From NCBI GenBank assembly GCA_963716725.1, contig CAVQUB010000020.1, forward strand, positions 1-64,000: a stretch of DNA of 64,000 nt, written 5' to 3'. The DNA comes from an uncultured delta proteobacterium (GTDB lineage: Bacteria; Myxococcota_A; Polyangia; Polyangiales; Polyangiaceae). A model generated the notes under the pieces. It worked only from the letters and a program-made list of their open reading frames with translations, was not told the DNA's origin and did not search any database. A program made the position numbers and the translations under genes. The first letter of the stretch is position 1. Each line of letters starts with the position of its first letter. Positions 60,196-64,000 of this stretch are shown piece by piece.

Positions 60196-61093
60196 CGGCT
60201 CCACGCGCGCGCGCGGCGAGCTCGCTCCAGCCCCGCAGCTCCGTCAGCAGCTCCGCGACGGCAGCCCCAGCGTGGGCGGCCTCGGGCGTGACGCCACGCC
60301 GGACGCTATCGGGCAGGGTGGCAAGGGCCTTGATCAGGGTCTTCTGGGCCCGCAGCCCCGAGAGTGCCCTCAGTGACAGCCGCCGACCTGGAGTCGTCGA
60401 GACCAACGAGAGCGCCGCGCCGGTCCAGCTGAAGGGGGGGAACTCCCGGGTCGCCGTCGACAGATCGGTGAGCGGCGATGCCGCCAAGAGGCTGCTCAGC
60501 GTCGCTTGGAAGAGCGACGTGGCTTCGGCAGTCGCCGGCGTCATTTCGGACAGGCCCACGCGCTGCTCGCGTTCGCTCACACGCCGTAGTCCCCGCCAGC
60601 GCGTGATTCGCGGCGGTGGCTTGGCGCCGCGGTAGACCCGACGCCCCACCCAGAAGCTCACGTGGGTATCCAGCCTCACCACCTCGAGCAGCCTCGAGAA
60701 GGTGGCGTGACGGCAGAGCGCGTCGCCGATGGTCTTGGGAGCTCCCGCCAGCTGCACGGTCGCGCTCGCCATCTGCAACAGGCGCTGGGGTCGATCGGCA
60801 GAAAATGGCCCGACCAGCGTCGGATTGGTGGACTGCAGCAGATCGTTCAACGCGCACAGCATGAGCCACTCGCCCGGTGTCGGATCAGGCAGCACGTCCG
60901 TCGGACACAGGCGACGGGCCTTTCGTAGCCGACGCGCGCGTGCCTCGTCCACCGCGGTGGAAGCAAACGCACCGTGCTCCGCCACGCGCAGCGCTCGCTC
61001 GTGCCCAATCGGCGGCAACGGACGCAACTCGCCGCCGGCGAGCAGCGGGAGGAGCACCCGGCTCGCGAGCTCGGCAACCAGCTGCCCGCTCAA
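60149..61093 (-). CDS. Conserved hypothetical protein, possibly an FtsH-ternary-system (fvmX6-like) domain
   Basis: TTG start overlapping the upstream TGA; ALNDLLQSTNP, RHATFSRL, RLDTHVSFWVGRRVYRG, SPLTDL. The family resemblance is from memory. Confidence 0.6.
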   Translation of the reverse strand: MSGQLVAELASRVLLPLLAGGELRPLPPIGHERALRVAEHGAFASTAVDEARARRLRKARRLCPTDVLPDPTPGEWLMLCALNDLLQSTNPTLVGPFSADRPQRLLQMASATVQLAGAPKTIGDALCRHATFSRLLEVVRLDTHVSFWVGRRVYRGAKPPPRITRWRGLRRVSEREQRVGLSEMTPATAEATSLFQATLSSLLAASPLTDLSTATREFPPFSWTGAALSLVSTTPGRRLSLRALSGLRAQKTLIKALATLPDSVRRGVTPEAAHAGAAVAELLTELRGWSELAARARGAVNGSEADAAPGSAGA

Positions 61094-62556
61094 CTCTTCT
61101 GCGCCCCTTTCAGCGGATTGATGCCCAGGGCGTCGAGCCACACCGTCGGGACTTCTTCCGCGAATACGTTCTCGAGCTCCGTGACCTTCAAAGGTGACCA
61201 CGAGTGACCCTCGACCAGCGCGGTCTCGAGGGGGACAAACGCCGCCATTTCCAGGGCCGCTGCGCTGCCGTCGGGCCAGAAGAAGACCGCGCGATCGGTC
61301 GGCGCGCCCAGCGCACGAAACACGACGTCTGGGGGAACCGCGGGCACCACCCGATATCCCGAGGGCACGAAGACCGAGGGATGAATGCGGCGAAAGAGCA
61401 TGCCCAAGGGCAGAGCGTCGATGCCTTGCTCGCGGAAAACGAAGGCGCCAAACTGCGTGATCGCGATGCGCGTCGTGCGAATCACCTCCGCGCCGAGCGC
61501 ATAGGACAATCGTCGAAGCAGGGGCAGCTCGTCGGTCGGCACCAGCAGCGCAGCCACGGTCGTCGGCGGCGCCATGTCCGGAGCGAGGCGGATCGGAACA
61601 CCTATGCTGGGCGCGCTCGTGAGCGCGCGCCCGGTCTGCGCCTCGATCTCGCTGACGCGAGTCCGGCCAAGAGCGCTCACCTCCGCCATCGCAGGCAGCG
61701 TTGGCAAGTCGAGCGCCGGCTCGCCGCGGCCGCGAAACAGCACGAGCCCGCCTTCGTGAAATACCGGGCACGCCTCGAGCGCGATGGGATGGCGCCAGAA
61801 GACCTCGACGGCGGCGCCGGGCGCGACCGGCACGAAGGGCACGATACCGGGTGTGCGGCAGAGCATGGGCAGCATTCGCTCCGGGAGATCCCGGACCTGA
61901 AACAACCAGCGCCGAAGGGGCTCAGAATCCAACTCCGACTCCGGCGGCCACTCGGCGACGCCCGCCCGGGCCGACACGCTGGACCGGGTGAAATACCCGA
62001 GCAGAGAGGGGCCGAGCCCGGGCTCCGCCAAGATCCAGAGCTCCGAGTGGCGAAGCGACGCCTTGGGGTCGGCATGCGGCATCAACTTCAGGAGCAGCGA
62101 CTGGATTTCGACGGCGCGCTCGACCTCGTAGCTCTGAGAAAAAGCGTTGTGGTAGAGCGCCAGCGCCGCGTCCGTCGCGCTGATCTCGGGGGCGTCGTAG
62201 CCGAAAGGAGCCGCTGCATCTCGGTACTGGACGAAGTGGCGACTGGTCCCCGTGAAAGTGAAACCACCGGCGAGTCGTGCGACGTCGGCCACGCGGTCCA
62301 TGCGGTCGCTGGCTCCGGCGTCGAACGAGAGCGCCACTTCACGTGTGCCCAGCCTGCTCTTCAAGATGTCGACGCGCAGCGAGTCCCCGAGCGCTCCGAG
62401 CGACTGCTGCTCGGTGTACACGGCCAAGAACGCAATCAGCCGATCGATGGCCGGGAGCAGCACGAGGCCTTTGGCGCCGAGGGCAACGCCTCTGGAATCG
62501 AGGCCGAGCCCGGGCACCTTGAGCCGGGTCTGGTGAACCGCAATACGCTCGAGCAC
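61090..62556 (-). CDS. Conserved hypothetical protein, possibly an FtsH-ternary-system (fvmX7-like) domain
   Basis: GTG start overlapping the upstream TAG; GLGLDSRGV, RHFVQYRDAAAPFGYD, RHPIALEAC, VFVPSGY. The family resemblance is from memory. Confidence 0.6.
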   Translation of the reverse strand: MLERIAVHQTRLKVPGLGLDSRGVALGAKGLVLLPAIDRLIAFLAVYTEQQSLGALGDSLRVDILKSRLGTREVALSFDAGASDRMDRVADVARLAGGFTFTGTSRHFVQYRDAAAPFGYDAPEISATDAALALYHNAFSQSYEVERAVEIQSLLLKLMPHADPKASLRHSELWILAEPGLGPSLLGYFTRSSVSARAGVAEWPPESELDSEPLRRWLFQVRDLPERMLPMLCRTPGIVPFVPVAPGAAVEVFWRHPIALEACPVFHEGGLVLFRGRGEPALDLPTLPAMAEVSALGRTRVSEIEAQTGRALTSAPSIGVPIRLAPDMAPPTTVAALLVPTDELPLLRRLSYALGAEVIRTTRIAITQFGAFVFREQGIDALPLGMLFRRIHPSVFVPSGYRVVPAVPPDVVFRALGAPTDRAVFFWPDGSAAALEMAAFVPLETALVEGHSWSPLKVTELENVFAEEVPTVWLDALGINPLKGAQKS

Positions 62557-62894
62557 TAGCTGACCTCCACGCCTTCGACCGCCGCGAGGTGTCGGCGCAC
62601 CTGCTCGGCGACCCAGTCGGCTTTCGGCTCGGCGATGGCCGCGCTCCCGCCCGCAGCACGGACCCGTTCCAGGGCAGGCTCGAGGTCGTACTCGAGCTCG
62701 GAGCGAAAGCCGGCGAGGTCGACGGTGGTCGCGGACGGCAGCTCGGTGACGAGCGGTGCGTCGATGGCTCCGCTGATTCTGAACAGCCGGCTCACCCCCG
62801 GCCGAGGGTTGTAGGCCAGAAAGGCGCTCACGCGGCCGTCGACGCCGGCCCGCCCTTCGACGATGCCGCCCGCCAGCATGTAGAGCTTGCTCAT
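62556..62894 (-). CDS. Small hypothetical protein
   Basis: 112 aa, TATCAT box 7 nt before the ATG, stop overlaps the next start. Confidence 0.65.
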   Translation of the reverse strand: MSKLYMLAGGIVEGRAGVDGRVSAFLAYNPRPGVSRLFRISGAIDAPLVTELPSATTVDLAGFRSELEYDLEPALERVRAAGGSAAIAEPKADWVAEQVRRHLAAVEGVEVS

Positions 62895-62964
62895 CGCGGC
62901 GATGATAGCCAATGCCCAGCCGATATCGACTCCCCGCTGAGAGACCTATACTCTGGCGGCCGTC

Positions 62965-64000
62965 GTGGTGTCTTCCGCCCCTCCCGATGGCCAGCTGATG
63001 GGTGGCCGCTTCGTCGTCGAACGCGAGGTCGGTCGCGGCGGCGTTGGCATCGTCTACCGGGCCTGGGACAAGGAGACCGAGAGCTACGTCGCGCTCAAGG
63101 TCATCGCCGCGGACGCGGGGGTCTCGCCGGAAGAAGAGGCCCGGCTGACCCGGGAGGGCGAGCTGCTCAGCCACCTCGACCACCCGGGGATCGTCAAGAT
63201 CGTCGCTTACGGCATCCTCGAAGACTCGGGCCTGCCCTTCATCGCCATGGAGTGGCTGGACGGTGAAGACCTGTCCCGCCGACAGCGCAAGGACCCGCTG
63301 AGCATCCGACAGGCCGTCGAGCTGAGCATCTTGATCGCGACGGCGCTGGAGACCGCCCACCAAGCCGGGGTGATCCATCGCGACATCAAGCCCGGCAACA
63401 TCGTGCTCACCTCGCGGACCGGCGATCCCGGGTCGTTGGACGTGGTGCCGAAGCTCGTCGACTTCGGCACCGCGGCGAGCGGTGACATCCGCATCACGCG
63501 CAACGGTGATGTGGTCGGCACGCCTGCTTACATGGCGCCCGAGCAAGCTCGGGGTGACGCCCCGATCGACGTGAGGTCCGACATCTACTCCCTCGGAGCC
63601 ACCCTCTTCGAGCTGGTGGCCGGACGCCCCCCCCACGTCGGCCCCACCCCGATCGCAACGCTAGCTCGCTTGGTGACCACCCCTCCCCCGCGGCTCTCCG
63701 AGCTGCGGCGCGACACACCGCCGCTGCTCGAGGCGCTGGTGCATCGCATGCTGTCGACCGATCCGGACCAGCGACCCGCCAGCATGCGCGAGGTGATCGC
63801 CGCGCTCGAGGACGCCAGGCTGGAGCGCAACCTGTTGGTCTTGCCTTCCACGGGCATGAGCGAGCCGGCCCTCTCCACTCGCTTGGGCTCCAGCGCCTCG
63901 CGGCTCGTCACCAGCATCGTAGCCCTGCGCTTTGCCCAGGGATCGGCCCGGGAGCGCGCCCTCGAGCACCTGCGCTCCCGGGGCGCGGACGCGGTCCCGC
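62965..64000 (+). CDS. Hanks-type Ser/Thr kinase (runs off the window end)
   Basis: Not in the ORF track. Manual translation gives GRGGVGIVY, VALK, HRDIKPGN, DFG, GTPAYMAPEQ, DIYSLG. Confidence 0.92.
   Translation, partial: MVSSAPPDGQLMGGRFVVEREVGRGGVGIVYRAWDKETESYVALKVIAADAGVSPEEEARLTREGELLSHLDHPGIVKIVAYGILEDSGLPFIAMEWLDGEDLSRRQRKDPLSIRQAVELSILIATALETAHQAGVIHRDIKPGNIVLTSRTGDPGSLDVVPKLVDFGTAASGDIRITRNGDVVGTPAYMAPEQARGDAPIDVRSDIYSLGATLFELVAGRPPHVGPTPIATLARLVTTPPPRLSELRRDTPPLLEALVHRMLSTDPDQRPASMREVIAALEDARLERNLLVLPSTGMSEPALSTRLGSSASRLVTSIVALRFAQGSARERALEHLRSRGADAVP

Noticed and set aside
61090..63636. 848-aa minus-strand ORF
   Set aside because: Its N-terminal part is antisense to the kinase and out of frame over the small gene; the real gene starts at GTG 62556.

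Overview
The window has two compositionally different parts. Positions 1 to ~8390 hold a lower-GC (by eye) minus-strand surface-polysaccharide cluster: four GT4-type glycosyltransferases, an FkbM methyltransferase, an asparagine-synthase-like protein and a Wzx flippase. Most of these genes are heavily frameshifted and the cluster is cut off abruptly inside the flippase, so it may be a chimeric or low-coverage read tail, or a decaying island. Positions ~8400 to 64000 are very GC-rich chromosomal DNA typical of Myxococcota (Polyangia/Sorangium-like), with four Hanks-type Ser/Thr kinases, many Gly/Cys-rich lipoproteins, a TPR-PEGA protein and a TonB-C-fused TonB-dependent receptor. Scattered single indels there look like long-read errors. 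Recognisable genes: pgsB-pgsC-pgsW, terC, malQ, glgP, a hemerythrin, an Omp85 protein, a SirC/CysG-N protein, regB/regA, an M23 peptidase, an acyltransferase-3, a PhaC-like hydrolase, sppA, gdhA, xth, sodC and phoH, plus a cobalamin riboswitch. Most notable observations: (i) a GxxExxY nuclease-like gene enclosed by 33-bp imperfect inverted repeats, a candidate tiny mobile element; (ii) a translationally coupled three-gene operon resembling FtsH-ternary conflict-system components, divergent from a kinase; (iii) a solo attC-like site in front of a toxin-antitoxin pair; (iv) a secreted caspase-fold lipoprotein; (v) a poly-gamma-glutamate operon in a myxobacterium-like genome; (vi) a B12-riboswitch-controlled beta-propeller-like lipoprotein; (vii) repeated leaderless-type promoters. 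All family assignments come from motif recognition by eye; no database search was run.
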